Shown: one piece after another, positions 50,425-60,415 of the stretch
How positions within the stretch are numbered: position 1 is the first letter of the stretch
Layout of the letters: each line of letters starts with the position of its first letter
Source of the DNA: Kiritimatiellia bacterium
Lineage (GTDB): Bacteria > Verrucomicrobiota > Kiritimatiellia > JAQICX01
DNA length: 64,000 nucleotides
Direction: 5' to 3'
Assembly (NCBI GenBank): GCA_027858345.1
Contig: JAQICX010000242.1
Coordinates: forward strand, 2,787-66,786
Position numbers and translations under genes: made by a program
The notes under the pieces: model-generated
Told to the model about the DNA's origin: nothing
What the model saw: only the letters and a program-made list of their open reading frames with translations
Database searches by the model: none

Positions 50425-50640
50425 CTTGATTTTTCGGTTGTAGATTTTTCCCCGTTAAGTTTAGAAAACATAGGCCTCTCTCCCGCCTTGCGGGATTCTT
50501 GCTCCTTTCTATTTTTCTTATTAGAGAAAGAAGCGTTAGACAGTGTCTACGGCTCGGCAAGATGCGGACAGGCGCACGAAAAAAGAAAAAAATTAGCAGC
50601 ACAAAGACACGAAAACCCAAAGCATGGAGTTTTTGAACCT
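50425..50640. mobile_element. MITE-like element (left TIR ccttgatttttcggttg) lying inside the read-through ORF
   Basis: The TIR motif and ctctcccgccttgcgggat palindrome. The right end is less clear. Confidence 0.45.
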
Positions 50641-50699
50641 TGGTCCGAGGCAACCGGCGAAGTCGGGTAGCCTCAAACCGCTGGTTAAGGTGTAAGGTT

Positions 50700-51472
50700 T
50701 CTAGTTTTTCACTGTCCTCCCGGAAAGGCCATGGGTAAACAGTGGCTGTCTTCAAGTAGATTGAATTGACGCCACCGTAGTGGATGCCCACAACAAAGGC
50801 GTGCGACATATCAGTAGGGACCGTCGTGCTTGTCCAGTAGTCATAATCTTGTACGCCGGTGAAAGGATGCCCCGTCGGTAAGGAGGGGAAGCTGTTCTGG
50901 AAATCCAACAGCCTGAAAAGCTCTCTCACTGTGGGCAGTCGCCAATCGGAGTAGTCTCCATAGGTCAAGTTCTTGCACATGGCAATGGCGTTGTTCCGGT
51001 TCTGCTTGCCAAAGAGATTTGCATTTCTTGTCCACATCAGGCCAGTCAGATTGTCCAGTACCACGTTGGTGTTGGATTGAACGGAGAACCGAGGAACTGG
51101 CGATGAAACGCCCGTCTTCAGATCCCCATCATCACTTGATGCGTACGAAGTCGTCTGTCCGGTCTTGGCTGGAGGTGACGGATACACCAACCGATTGCTG
51201 CTGCCTCAAACCCGGTAGAACATGGGCACGGATGAAGTGACGATGGAATCCGACGAACGAATGTCCGTCAGAGCGAAGTAGTTGGACTGCCAAGCATCCG
51301 GGACGGTCAACGATGATGCCCATTCAACTCGGTAGTACAGATTCGTATCGCTGTTTATCCATGTCAGTATCCCGTTTACACTAAACGACGTAATATCCGG
51401 CGACTGCGCCAAAGCCGTTCCTGCGATTACCAACCACGCAGCACAAGCACTTCTCAACCAGTTGCTTATCAT
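50700..51472 (-). pseudogene. secreted DUF1566 (Lcl C-terminal domain) protein interrupted by an in-frame TGA at 51206-51208
   Basis: Signal peptide ORF (51206-51472) and DUF1566 ORF (DWRLPTVRELFRLL) are in the same frame, separated only by TGA: ...MFYRV*GSSNRLVYPSPP. Confidence 0.5.
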
Positions 51473-51705
51473 AAGTTCCGATTCCTTTCTTATTCGTGCC
51501 CGAACAATTATTATACGAAGGCTCGTAAATAATTTCAGTATTTAAATAATATCAAAGGCAAAAATTGTCTTTGAGTGGTTGGCTTGTTGTTAAACCCAGC
51601 ATAAAAAGAGCTGTTTATAACAATTATTCTTCTAAAGTTAGCAGTGTTATATGGTTTTCTAAGAAAAATGCAACTTTTATTTTGGTCGTCATAAATAAAA
51701 AGCGT

Positions 51706-51965
51706 CAATTTTTCGGTTGAGACACTTTATGAGAACGAAAATCCCGCCCTGCGGGACTACCAAACTTGCAAATTAATATTGTCTTGTAGGAATTGGATCA
51801 TCCTTTGCTCTTCCCGCTTCGTTCTGCGAACTACGCAGGACACGGTCGAGTCTACGGCGGACAAGCCGACGATGGTCACCTGCGTGACGGAATAAAAAGA
51901 AAATTCACTCCCTTATTTTGTTGACTCAAATGCACGAATTTACCTCTAACCGAAAAACTAAGGAC
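51706..51965. mobile_element. MITE-like element (260 bp) with TIRs caatttttcggttga / aaccgaaaaactaagg
   Basis: Termini read directly. Internal blocks shared with 48894-49265 and 54389-54730. Confidence 0.65.
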
Positions 51966-52020
51966 AAAGATTTCCTGCGTTTCATGAGCGAAATTCTCTA
52001 GCCCGTTCCGAAGCAGGTTG

Positions 52021-53742
52021 TCACTGCGGATCGATGATTATGACTGCGGAAGCCCCCTTGTGGGGGAAGCGGATCGTAAGTCCCTTTTCGAGCAATTCTT
52101 CTCCGGCGACAACTTGGTCTGCCCCGTATCCCTCTGGCATGCTAAGATGATAAGACCGATCAGGATTCACCCCGCGCAGGACAAGGGTGTGCCCCAGCGA
52201 AGGATCTCCGCCATGGAAAACAAACAGCAGCGCCTCGCTGCTTTGGGGGTTTGCATAGAGCGCCGCCTGCATGGAGCACGGTTCTAAGACATTGATTTGC
52301 GGCGTCAGATGGAAAACGTCTGCGTTACGGATTCGTTCGCGGATCTTCTTGAACAATGTGATACGTTCCGCCGCCACCTTGAGCGTTTGGGCGTCCCACT
52401 CGCAGATTTTTCCCGATAGTCCAAAATGCCCGAGTAGGTTTGCCGTAAACGACGTTTCCCTGTCTATGGGGCTTTCCGAATGTGCAGTCGGTGAGACCGT
52501 CCAGTGACTGCAAATCTCAGGTGGAAAAAGGTAGGTTGCGCCGTGGTTCATTGCTAGGTTCACGGGATTATCAACATTGTCCGAGACCCAATGCGTGTCG
52601 GTAAGAGCCACGGTCATTGCGTCCTGCCGTAAGGAACCGCTTGAGCAGTTCTCGACAATCAGTTTCGGGTATGATGTCCGGATATGCTTCAACAGTTCAA
52701 CAAGTCCTCGGTAGTGGCGGTAAAGTGGGTCGGTTTCCGGGGTAAGGCGTTCGCCGTCCACGGGCAGGTCGGTGTTGAAGTCCATTTTGATGTAGTCGAG
52801 CGCATAAGTCGTTACGAGGTGATCTATCACCGACTTCGCCCAGGCAACGACATCGGGATTCTTGAAATCGAGAGCGGTTCTGTCGGATAGTTGCCTGTCA
52901 CCGTGTTTCAATATCCATTCGGGATGCTCCATTACCACCTGAGAATTCGGCGAGGCACACTCGATCTCGATCCAGAGCCCTAACTTCATTCCCAACCGTC
53001 GGACTTCCTTCGCAATGGGCTCAAGGCCGCAAGGAAAACGTTGCAGGTTCACCTCCCAGTTCCCTAATTCTCCGCTCCAGTCTGCTTTCGCCCCCGCACC
53101 ATACCAGCCGGCATCGATCGTGAACTGTTCGCAGCCGATCCCGGCGGCAACACGAGCCGCATCAAAGAGTTGTTTATCATTGATCTTTTCGTAGGCGTCA
53201 TACCATGTGTTGTATTGAACAGGTGGCCAATCTGGACCCATGTCGCGGAGCAGTTTTGAACGAATGAAGCGAACAATCGCCTGGGATCCATCATCCCAGT
53301 GGTCGGCAAAAGTCGCCACCAACGCACCGGGGATAGGCATTCCTCCGAACTCAGCGAATGGTTTGAGGCCTGACGGAAAGGTTTCAACACGCAAAACAGT
53401 CCGCCCATTTAGGGGTTTGATCTCAATAACCCAGTTTCCACTGTATGCGATGAGCACAGCGATCCCTTGGCCTGTTTTCGTGTTCCTAACGGCCACCCAT
53501 GGCTTGAGCGTCGTCGCGCTGCGGCCTTTTTTCTGTACAAAACGAAAACCAGTGGCGGGTATGCGACGGGTCTTAAGGAGATACTCTCTCATTGCGTCGC
53601 CGCTGAACGTCAGCATCTCATAGTCCACCACAGAGCCATGAAGTTCCTTTTCGAATGGTAACGTCACCGGCTCTGCCAATCGAGCTGCTTCCGTGGATGC
53701 GTTCGCTTGTTGCGAAGCTGTTTCGTGAAACGATTTATCCAT
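52021..53742 (-). CDS. glycoside hydrolase, alpha-galactosidase/melibiase-like (GH36/GH27 clan)
   Basis: TIM-barrel-type FTIDAGWYG (D-x-GW) and large catalytic-domain size. GC-rich relative to the genome. Family assignment tentative. Confidence 0.45.
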   Translation of the reverse strand: MDKSFHETASQQANASTEAARLAEPVTLPFEKELHGSVVDYEMLTFSGDAMREYLLKTRRIPATGFRFVQKKGRSATTLKPWVAVRNTKTGQGIAVLIAYSGNWVIEIKPLNGRTVLRVETFPSGLKPFAEFGGMPIPGALVATFADHWDDGSQAIVRFIRSKLLRDMGPDWPPVQYNTWYDAYEKINDKQLFDAARVAAGIGCEQFTIDAGWYGAGAKADWSGELGNWEVNLQRFPCGLEPIAKEVRRLGMKLGLWIEIECASPNSQVVMEHPEWILKHGDRQLSDRTALDFKNPDVVAWAKSVIDHLVTTYALDYIKMDFNTDLPVDGERLTPETDPLYRHYRGLVELLKHIRTSYPKLIVENCSSGSLRQDAMTVALTDTHWVSDNVDNPVNLAMNHGATYLFPPEICSHWTVSPTAHSESPIDRETSFTANLLGHFGLSGKICEWDAQTLKVAAERITLFKKIRERIRNADVFHLTPQINVLEPCSMQAALYANPQSSEALLFVFHGGDPSLGHTLVLRGVNPDRSYHLSMPEGYGADQVVAGEELLEKGLTIRFPHKGASAVIIIDPQ

Positions 53743-54388
53743 TTAATTTCTCTTTCATGTTGTCGAATTTTAACACCTCTGACTGTGTGAAATGGCAACC
53801 AGCCGGTGCATGCTGGTTGCTACCATCGTCGGCATATATCGCATGCTGCGATACTGCGCCAGCGTCGGTGTCAACGCCTTTGATTTTCCAGACTATAGAG
53901 GCATGGTACTCCAAGGAGTATTCAACATGTCCAGGCCGAGAGATCGGCTTGCAATTTACACTGTCCATTCTTAATGCTCTACTCATACACCATCACCTAT
54001 TCATTTTTTCATTTTCTTCCTAACAACTAACTGACCCTTGTCAACTAATAGTTAATAACAGTTTTATTTCCTTTTATCACTGCTGGCAAAGTCAGCTAGG
54101 ACACTCTGTGGGCAGGTTGGCGAGATATTATTTGTTAATATACTAGGATTGCACTGCGTTCACTCTAGGCTTCTCATGAAATATGCCGTTGGCACATTTT
54201 TACAATGATTTTTTTAAGCCCACCGTCGTACTCGAATAAAATCTTTACAGCCTTTCATTTTGTCAATGCTCTAAAAACTAATACTTTACCAGATTAAAAC
54301 AAAGTTTTAAATTTTTTTTTCACCCTTTTTTTGCTTTTTCATAAATTATCCTTAATTTTCATCTTTTTTCATAGAATTCTTGACAGAA

Positions 54389-54730
54389 CCTTTTCGGTTA
54401 TTTCACTTTATGAGAACGTTTTTCATGCCGTCACGCAGGTGACCGTTCTCGCTCCCAAACTTGCACATCATATTGTCTTGCAGGAATGGGAGCCCCACCC
54501 CTCCGTTCTCGTTCCTCGAACACCTCCTCCCGCAGAGCGGGACTAGCAAAACGCTAGCCGGGGAGGAGCTAATACGTCCTCATCGTCATTAAAAATTATT
54601 TTTCATTTTGTCACCCAATTGTGTCGTGCGAAGCTTGCAAAGCAAAGAATGAAATGGGCAAAAACAAGCTGTCAATCACTAGTTTTGTTGGTCGAAATGC
54701 ATGTTTTTTATCCTAGCCGAAAAATTAAGG
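54389..54730. mobile_element. MITE-like element (342 bp) with TIRs ccttttcggtta... / agccgaaaaattaagg
   Basis: Shares the gagaacg-hairpin, the 150-bp block with 49001-49160, and gtgtcgtgcgaagcttgcaa with 58755-58780. Confidence 0.6.
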
Positions 54731-54759
54731 AGAAAAATATAATAATTGTCAGGTTGACT

Positions 54760-55749
54760 TTAGATCAATAATGTGTTGATTTGTTCCTGCTGCATAGGCA
54801 TAACAGAAACAAGATTTTCATCTTCCAGAAATTTTACACGGATTATAGTTGCCTCATTTTCTTGTGAATCGCTATATCTAGCGCATATGGAACAGGCAAG
54901 TTCAAGACTTTCTGGTGAAGATTTTTTGGGAAGAATTGCAAATGGACCCTTAACGTTTGCAGCGTGTAGGATATAGTTTTCAGCTTTGTTAACATTGGCA
55001 ATTATATATTCATTATCGCTGTGGTTACGTCCAACAATAAGCTTTGTCCCATCAATAAACCTGAAATGTCTGCCAATCTTAAGAAAGTCAATGTTCTTGA
55101 GGTTATTGATACCTTCATGTTCTTTCAGATCTTTCATACGTTTTGCGAAACTTGGTTCAGTCAATTTGCATCCGCCAGCTGGACTTGGATATGATGTCAA
55201 ACCAAAATCCTTTGCCATAGCCATCTGTCTTTTTCTTCCACGACCCTGAAGGTCTTCCAGTTGTTCTCTGTCGACAATGCCATCAATTTCCATTTGGGTA
55301 GGGGGGAGAATCTTGGCACTTAATGGACGCAAAAGGTAATCTCCGAAACTTGATGTTTCTGCAACTACCCGCAAACTTTTTTTATTTTGTGACATTGGTC
55401 TTTCATTCAGGACTTCTCCTGTGCATAGGAAATCATAACCATTCTCCTTCATATATTCCCCGGCTCTTTTAAACATTAGAGCATGGCAGTCTATGCATGG
55501 ATTGATTCCTTTACCAAAACCATGTGGCGGATCTTTGATTAGTCCAATAATATCTGTGGTGAAATCTTTCTGGATCAAGTTTATACCAAGTTGTTTTGCA
55601 CTTTTCAGAGCAGTTGTTAGATCATAGAATGTACTTGTAAATACAATTCCATCCACGGCTATTCCCTGCTTCTTCATAAGGCATACTGCCAGCATGCTGT
55701 CCAATCCGCCTGAAAAAAGGCATAGAGCTCTTACTTTTTTTTCTGTCAT
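54760..55749 (-). CDS. PP-loop ATP pyrophosphatase, ThiI/Ncs6-like thiolation enzyme lacking THUMP domain
   Basis: SGGLDS PP-loop at the N-terminus and C.C..M...A...A...G...I.TGE.L pattern, as in the ThiI adenylation domain. Confidence 0.5.
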   Translation of the reverse strand: MTEKKVRALCLFSGGLDSMLAVCLMKKQGIAVDGIVFTSTFYDLTTALKSAKQLGINLIQKDFTTDIIGLIKDPPHGFGKGINPCIDCHALMFKRAGEYMKENGYDFLCTGEVLNERPMSQNKKSLRVVAETSSFGDYLLRPLSAKILPPTQMEIDGIVDREQLEDLQGRGRKRQMAMAKDFGLTSYPSPAGGCKLTEPSFAKRMKDLKEHEGINNLKNIDFLKIGRHFRFIDGTKLIVGRNHSDNEYIIANVNKAENYILHAANVKGPFAILPKKSSPESLELACSICARYSDSQENEATIIRVKFLEDENLVSVMPMQQEQINTLLI

Positions 55750-55769
55750 CTTAACTTGTATCCTTTATA

Positions 55770-55990
55770 AAATCATATTGAGCTGGCGAAGCCAGCATTA
55801 CTAAGGTTGAGGTTAAGATAAAGGTACAGGAGCCAAGCCAATGCTTGGCGTTCCTCGAAAACTATCCAAAGGACTAACTAATAAAGACTTGCGTAATACG
55901 GGTCGCTATGTGAGTCCCGGCATTTCTTAATCTCAACCTTAATCTTAAACTGCTGACATCGTCAGCTCTTTATCTTAACCTTAATCTTAA
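55770..55990. repeat. repeat with gctggcgaagccagc hairpin and inverted arrays of TAAGGTT/TTAAGAT short tandem units
   Basis: aaggttgaggttaagataaagg ... cttaatctcaaccttaatcttaaac ... cttaaccttaatcttaaac. Confidence 0.5.
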
Positions 55991-55992
55991 AC

Positions 55993-57474
55993 TCAGTCGA
56001 CCAGCATCTCATTAATTGCTGCGGCAGCTTTACGACCTTCACCCATGGCAAGAATTACAGTTGCAGCTCCAAGAACAATATCACCGCCTGCGTAGACTTT
56101 GTCAAGAGATGTCTTGCCATCTTCATCGGCAACAATGTTGCCCCACTTATTTATTTCAAGACCTTCTGTTGTATGAGGGATGAGTGGGTTGGATTTGTTA
56201 CCAATTGCAACAATCACAGTGTCAAGCTCTATGACAAATTCACTGTTTTCAATAGCTATTGGACGTCTTCTGCCTGAGTCATCAGGTTCACCTAGTTCAT
56301 AACGCAAACATTCAACACCTGTGACCATGCCGTCATCGTTGCCAAGGATTCGTTTAACATTTTCTAAAACATGAAAAATTACACCTTCTTCCTTGGCATG
56401 CTCAACTTCTTCAATTCTTGCCGGCATTTCAGCTTCAGATCTTCTGTAAATCAGATATACTTCGTCAGCACCAAGTCTTACCGCTGTTCTTGCGGCATCC
56501 ATTGCCACATTGCCACCACCAAGTATTGCAACCTTCTTGCTTCTAGCTATTGGTGTTGCAGCTTTTTCTTCAAAAGCTCTCATGAGGTTTGAACGTGTAA
56601 GGTACTCATTTGCCGAGAAAACTCCAACGAGATTTTCACCTTCAATGTTCATAAATGTTGGTAGTCCTGCACCGCTTCCGATAAATGCAGCATCAAAGCC
56701 TTCTTCGTCAAGTAGTTGAGGAAGAGTCAGAGTTCTGCCAACCACAAAGTTTGTTTCAATTTTTACGCCCATTTTCTTCAGTTGAGTGATTTCTCGTTGA
56801 ACAATTTCTTTTGGCAGACGAAATTCAGGGATACCATACATAAGTACGCCGCCTGGTTTATGAAATGCTTCAAAAACTGTAACTTCGTGACCTTCGCGTC
56901 TAACGTCGGCCGCAACAGTAATACCAGCAGGACCTGAACCGATTATTGCAACTTTTTTGCCTGTTTCGGGTTTGATTTCAATAGGAACATCGGTAGCATT
57001 CTGGGCATCCCTGTCGGCAACAAATCTTTCAAGGCGGCCAATTGATACTGATTGTTCAACATCTTTAAGTGCTTTGCCTAGCGTGCAATAAAGCTGGCAT
57101 TGCGTTTCCTGCGGGCATACTCTACCGCATACAGCGGGAAGAAGACTGCTCACTTTGATTGTGTCAATTGAATCTTGATATTTTTCTTCTGCAATCTCTT
57201 GTATGAATTTTGGAATGTCAATATTAACTGGACATCCTTTCATGCATGGAGCATTTTTGCATTGTAGACATCTTAAGGCTTCAACCTTTGCCTGTTCAGG
57301 AGTATACCCAATGGCAACTTCTTCCATGTTGTTTCTGCGGATGGCAGGGTCTTGTGAAGGCATTTCCTGTAGGGGAATCTGCATTCTATCTTTTGGCTTT
57401 AAATTTTCGCAATCTAGATTTTTTAGAATTTCACAAGCACTTTGCTGTAATTCTTTCTTTGAAATATAAGACAT
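55993..57474 (-). CDS. NADPH-dependent glutamate synthase beta-chain-like oxidoreductase (NfnB/SudA-type)
   Basis: N-terminal 2x[4Fe-4S] Cys motifs, two Rossmann GxGxxG motifs (IIGSGPAG, ILGGGNVAMD), 493 aa. Confidence 0.75.
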   Translation of the reverse strand: MSYISKKELQQSACEILKNLDCENLKPKDRMQIPLQEMPSQDPAIRRNNMEEVAIGYTPEQAKVEALRCLQCKNAPCMKGCPVNIDIPKFIQEIAEEKYQDSIDTIKVSSLLPAVCGRVCPQETQCQLYCTLGKALKDVEQSVSIGRLERFVADRDAQNATDVPIEIKPETGKKVAIIGSGPAGITVAADVRREGHEVTVFEAFHKPGGVLMYGIPEFRLPKEIVQREITQLKKMGVKIETNFVVGRTLTLPQLLDEEGFDAAFIGSGAGLPTFMNIEGENLVGVFSANEYLTRSNLMRAFEEKAATPIARSKKVAILGGGNVAMDAARTAVRLGADEVYLIYRRSEAEMPARIEEVEHAKEEGVIFHVLENVKRILGNDDGMVTGVECLRYELGEPDDSGRRRPIAIENSEFVIELDTVIVAIGNKSNPLIPHTTEGLEINKWGNIVADEDGKTSLDKVYAGGDIVLGAATVILAMGEGRKAAAAINEMLVD

Positions 57475-58356
57475 TTATTTATCTCCTTGTTTTGCCACAA
57501 GTTCATCAGCTTGTTTTTCAGCTTTGCATTCATGGTCGTGATATTTATCATGATTTACCTGTTCCTGCTTTTTATATGCACCAAGTCTTTTCATCATGTT
57601 ATCAAAATCTACTTTGTGACCATCAAATTCCGGTCCATCAACGCATACAAATTTGGTTTCACCACCCACTGTTACACGGCAGCCACCGCACATACCTGTT
57701 CCATCGATCATAATTGTATTCAATGAAACTGTTGTTGGAACTTCACATTCTTTAGTTGTCAAGCTACAAAACTTCATCATGATAGGGGGACCAATTGCAA
57801 CAACTTCATCAGGCTGTTGTTCTCTTTGGCAACACTCTTTTAGAGGTTCAGTAACCAGACATTTTCTTCCGTATGATCCATCGTCAGTACAAACGATGAG
57901 TTCATCAGCAATTGCTTTCATATCTTCTTCAAGAATAAGCAAATCTTTGTTTCTTGCACCCATTATTACTGTAAGTTTTGCACCAGATTCTTTAAATGCT
58001 TTTGCGATTGGATACATTGGTGCAACACCTATTCCACCTCCAACGCATACTACCCAGTCAACGTCTTTAACATGAGTTGGTTGTCCAAGTGGACCTAAAA
58101 CATTTTCAATGTAGTCGCCAACGTTTTTGTCAGATAGTTTGTGTGTGGTTGCTCCGACTGATTGAAAAACAATTGTGATTGTTCCTGCTTCGGCATCGCC
58201 ATTGGCAATTGTCAGGGGAATTCTTTCTCCAAAATCTGTGTCGATCTGAAGTAAAATAAATTGTCCGGCTTTTCTTGAACGTGCGATTAGTGGTGCTTCG
58301 ATGCACATCTGAAATACATCATCAGATAGTTGTTTTTTCTCAATTATTTTATTCAT
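57475..58356 (-). CDS. FAD/NAD(P)-binding ferredoxin-reductase-like subunit with C-terminal [2Fe-2S] (NfnA/SudB-type)
   Basis: PyrK-like fold and CGGCRVTVGGETKFVCVDGPEF cluster. Translationally abutting the downstream gene. Confidence 0.7.
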   Translation of the reverse strand: MNKIIEKKQLSDDVFQMCIEAPLIARSRKAGQFILLQIDTDFGERIPLTIANGDAEAGTITIVFQSVGATTHKLSDKNVGDYIENVLGPLGQPTHVKDVDWVVCVGGGIGVAPMYPIAKAFKESGAKLTVIMGARNKDLLILEEDMKAIADELIVCTDDGSYGRKCLVTEPLKECCQREQQPDEVVAIGPPIMMKFCSLTTKECEVPTTVSLNTIMIDGTGMCGGCRVTVGGETKFVCVDGPEFDGHKVDFDNMMKRLGAYKKQEQVNHDKYHDHECKAEKQADELVAKQGDK

Positions 58357-58486
58357 GTTTTTCTCTAAGTTTGATTATAATATAAAGTAGTTAGTGTGTT
58401 TCAGAGGAGATAAAAGTACCCCTAAAACAGTTCAACAGTATATGCAATTTTTATATATTAAGCAAGATAAAATGTATTGTTTTTCT

Positions 58487-58870
58487 GATACCTTGATTTT
58501 TCGGTTGAATTATTTTTTTGTTGAAATTTTGGAAAGCCATTCTTTCAAATAGTTTATAGTTGATAGTAAATAGTAAATAGTTCTCTACGAGGTTAGGAAG
58601 TCGCTTTGCTATGCAGGACACAGTAGCGGGTTAGAAAGAGCACTGCCGTGGGCAGGAGGATTCTACTTTGCAGAAAACTTCAAAAGAAAATGTGACGCAG
58701 GACTCATGACGCACGACGCATGGTTTCATAAAAAAACTTATAGTCACATAAGTACTGTGTCGTGCGAAGCTTGCAAGAAGGATGAACAAACAATATGGAA
58801 TATTGTTCGCTGTCTCTTCATCTCAACATGAGCGGAAGCGGATTCCAACATTTACCATTTACCGTTTACT
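58487..58870. repeat. MITE-like composite repeat (left TIR ccttgatttttcggttgaa; aaatagtaaatag direct repeats; gtcctgcatagc-type and gtgtcgtgcgaagcttgcaag modules)
   Basis: Read directly from the sequence. Modules shared with 100-200 and 54625-54650. Confidence 0.5.
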
Positions 58871-58890
58871 ATTTAGTTTTTTTCTTCACT

Positions 58891-59430
58891 TTATCTCTCA
58901 AGTAATTCCAATATTCTTGGATCTTTTTTGGCAATCTCTTCTTTTGTCAAACCTTCAAGCTCGTGAGGAAAAACAATCCATTTATCTGTTTTTTCCAGAT
59001 AGAAGTCGGGTGTCACATCAGTTATATTGTTATCAGGCTTGTAAAGGATTGTTGCAAGTATTACCTGTTTTACATATGGTGTCAGCATTTTTTTTATTTT
59101 AGCCAGTGTTGAACCGGTATCAAAAACATCATCAACAATTAGCAAAGTCATCTCAGGTTTTAATACCTTGTCCACTAGTGGTTGTATTGATTCAATAATA
59201 GGCTCGTGTAGAACTTTTTCAAGAGCACTGTATGATGATGCTTTGATTGCAGTATGAAATGTCGGATTTCCTAGTTCGTTCAGAATTTCATGGACTGCAA
59301 CACCAACAGGGGTGCCGCCACGCCATATTGCAATTAGTCCATCAGGTCTGATACCTGAATCATAGATTTTACGTCCAAGTTTGAATGATTTGTAGATTAA
59401 GTCAGTTCCTGATATGTATAGTTTTTCCAT
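58891..59430 (-). CDS. purine phosphoribosyltransferase (hypoxanthine/xanthine-type)
   Basis: PRPP-binding motif MTLLIVDDVFDTGSTL. 179 aa. Confidence 0.65.
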   Translation of the reverse strand: MEKLYISGTDLIYKSFKLGRKIYDSGIRPDGLIAIWRGGTPVGVAVHEILNELGNPTFHTAIKASSYSALEKVLHEPIIESIQPLVDKVLKPEMTLLIVDDVFDTGSTLAKIKKMLTPYVKQVILATILYKPDNNITDVTPDFYLEKTDKWIVFPHELEGLTKEEIAKKDPRILELLER

Positions 59431-59499
59431 TGCAGTTCCTATGATTAAGATATGTAGCTTTGTTTGTAAAATTTAATGTCTGACAATGGTATATTATTT

Positions 59500-59700
59500 G
59501 AGATTGAAAGTCCAACAATATTTTAAGGTTAAGGTTAAGGTAAAGGTTAAGAGCTGAGTTTTCTCAACCTCGGCGTTTTTTTTTGCGACGCAGTCGTCAC
59601 ATCCGTCCCATTGGTCTCATCCGTCCCATGAGAAGGAATGGGAGGTATGGGACTGATGTGGTGACTACGTCACCTAAAAGTCGGTGATTTTTTTTGCTAA
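59500..59700. repeat. repeat: (aaggtta)n array plus gacgcagtcgtcacatccgtccca...tgtggtgactacgtcacc palindromic module
   Basis: Homologous to 45720-45775. Confidence 0.5.
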
Positions 59701-59736
59701 ACGAGTAACGAACAACGTAATACTGTCTGCTGTAAA

Positions 59737-60303
59737 CTAGACAGACATGTTCTTAAGCCATAGTTCGTGGATTCTAGTGTCGCTGGTTAGTTCAGGGTGG
59801 AAACTTGAAAGAAGTATGTTTTTGTATTGAAGAAGTATTGGTTCTCCATTTAAAGAAGATAGAATTTCAACGGAGCTATCAATGTCTGTAAACTTTGGAG
59901 CTCTAATAAATACCGCCGGAAAGTCTGATTCAAAACCTTTAATACATATGTTTTCCTTAAATGACTCAACTTGTCTTCCATAGGCATTACGTCTTGTTGA
60001 AACAGGAATCTTACCAAAGGTATCAATTTGAGAATCGTTTGCATCAACAGATAGCAATATTGCTCCAGCACATGTTCCAAAGATTGGCTTGTCAAAGTTT
60101 TTGATTGGCTCAAATAATTCCATCTGACGAATGAGCTTTGTCATTGTTGTGGATTCGCCACCAGGAATAATGAGTCCATCGCACTGTTTAATTTGTTCCG
60201 GGTACCTGATGATAGCGGTTCCTACTGAAAGCCTTTCCAAAAGCTGTTGATGCTTATGAAATGCTCCCTGTAAACCTAAAATTCCAATGGTGATTTTGTT
60301 CAT
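59737..60303 (-). CDS. pdxT: pyridoxal 5'-phosphate synthase glutaminase subunit
   Basis: Class I glutamine amidotransferase with GILGLQG, PGGEST and GTCAG. Start trimmed to the internal ATG (MNKITIGILG) to match family length. Confidence 0.75.
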   Translation of the reverse strand: MNKITIGILGLQGAFHKHQQLLERLSVGTAIIRYPEQIKQCDGLIIPGGESTTMTKLIRQMELFEPIKNFDKPIFGTCAGAILLSVDANDSQIDTFGKIPVSTRRNAYGRQVESFKENICIKGFESDFPAVFIRAPKFTDIDSSVEILSSLNGEPILLQYKNILLSSFHPELTSDTRIHELWLKNMSV

Positions 60304-60338
60304 ATTTATTAGGGATGATGTGATTGTTGTTTCATGCT

Positions 60339-60415
60339 CGGGCGAAAAATTCTTCGCCCAAGCAATTTGCGCACTCACGAATTTACGCACTTACGCACTT
60401 ACGCACTTACGAACT
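60339..60415. repeat. hairpin (gggcgaaaaattcttcgccc) followed by a tandem octamer TTACGCAC x4.5 in the pdxS-pdxT spacer
   Basis: cacgaatttacgcacttacgcacttacgcacttacgaactt. Confidence 0.7.

Noticed and set aside
50153-51190. 345-aa ORF taken at face value as a single DUF1566 protein with a long C-terminal extension
   Set aside because: The extension runs straight through a MITE copy (50425-50640). Its translation is low-complexity Arg/Leu/Phe-rich sequence typical of reading through GC-rich repeats, so only the DUF1566 part (50700-51190) is treated as genuine.
51206-51208. In-frame TGA read as glycine (genetic code 25) or selenocysteine
   Set aside because: rpoB, rpoC, tuf and all long ORFs are intact under the standard code, so TGA is a stop in this genome. 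The local context (V-TGA-G, no Cys-containing redox motif, no obvious SECIS hairpin) does not suggest Sec.
59737-60390. Full 217-aa ORF as PdxT
   Set aside because: PdxT family length and the conserved start of the glutaminase fold begin at the internal Met (MNKITIGILG, 60303). The 29 extra N-terminal residues have no counterpart in the family and run into the tandem-repeat spacer.
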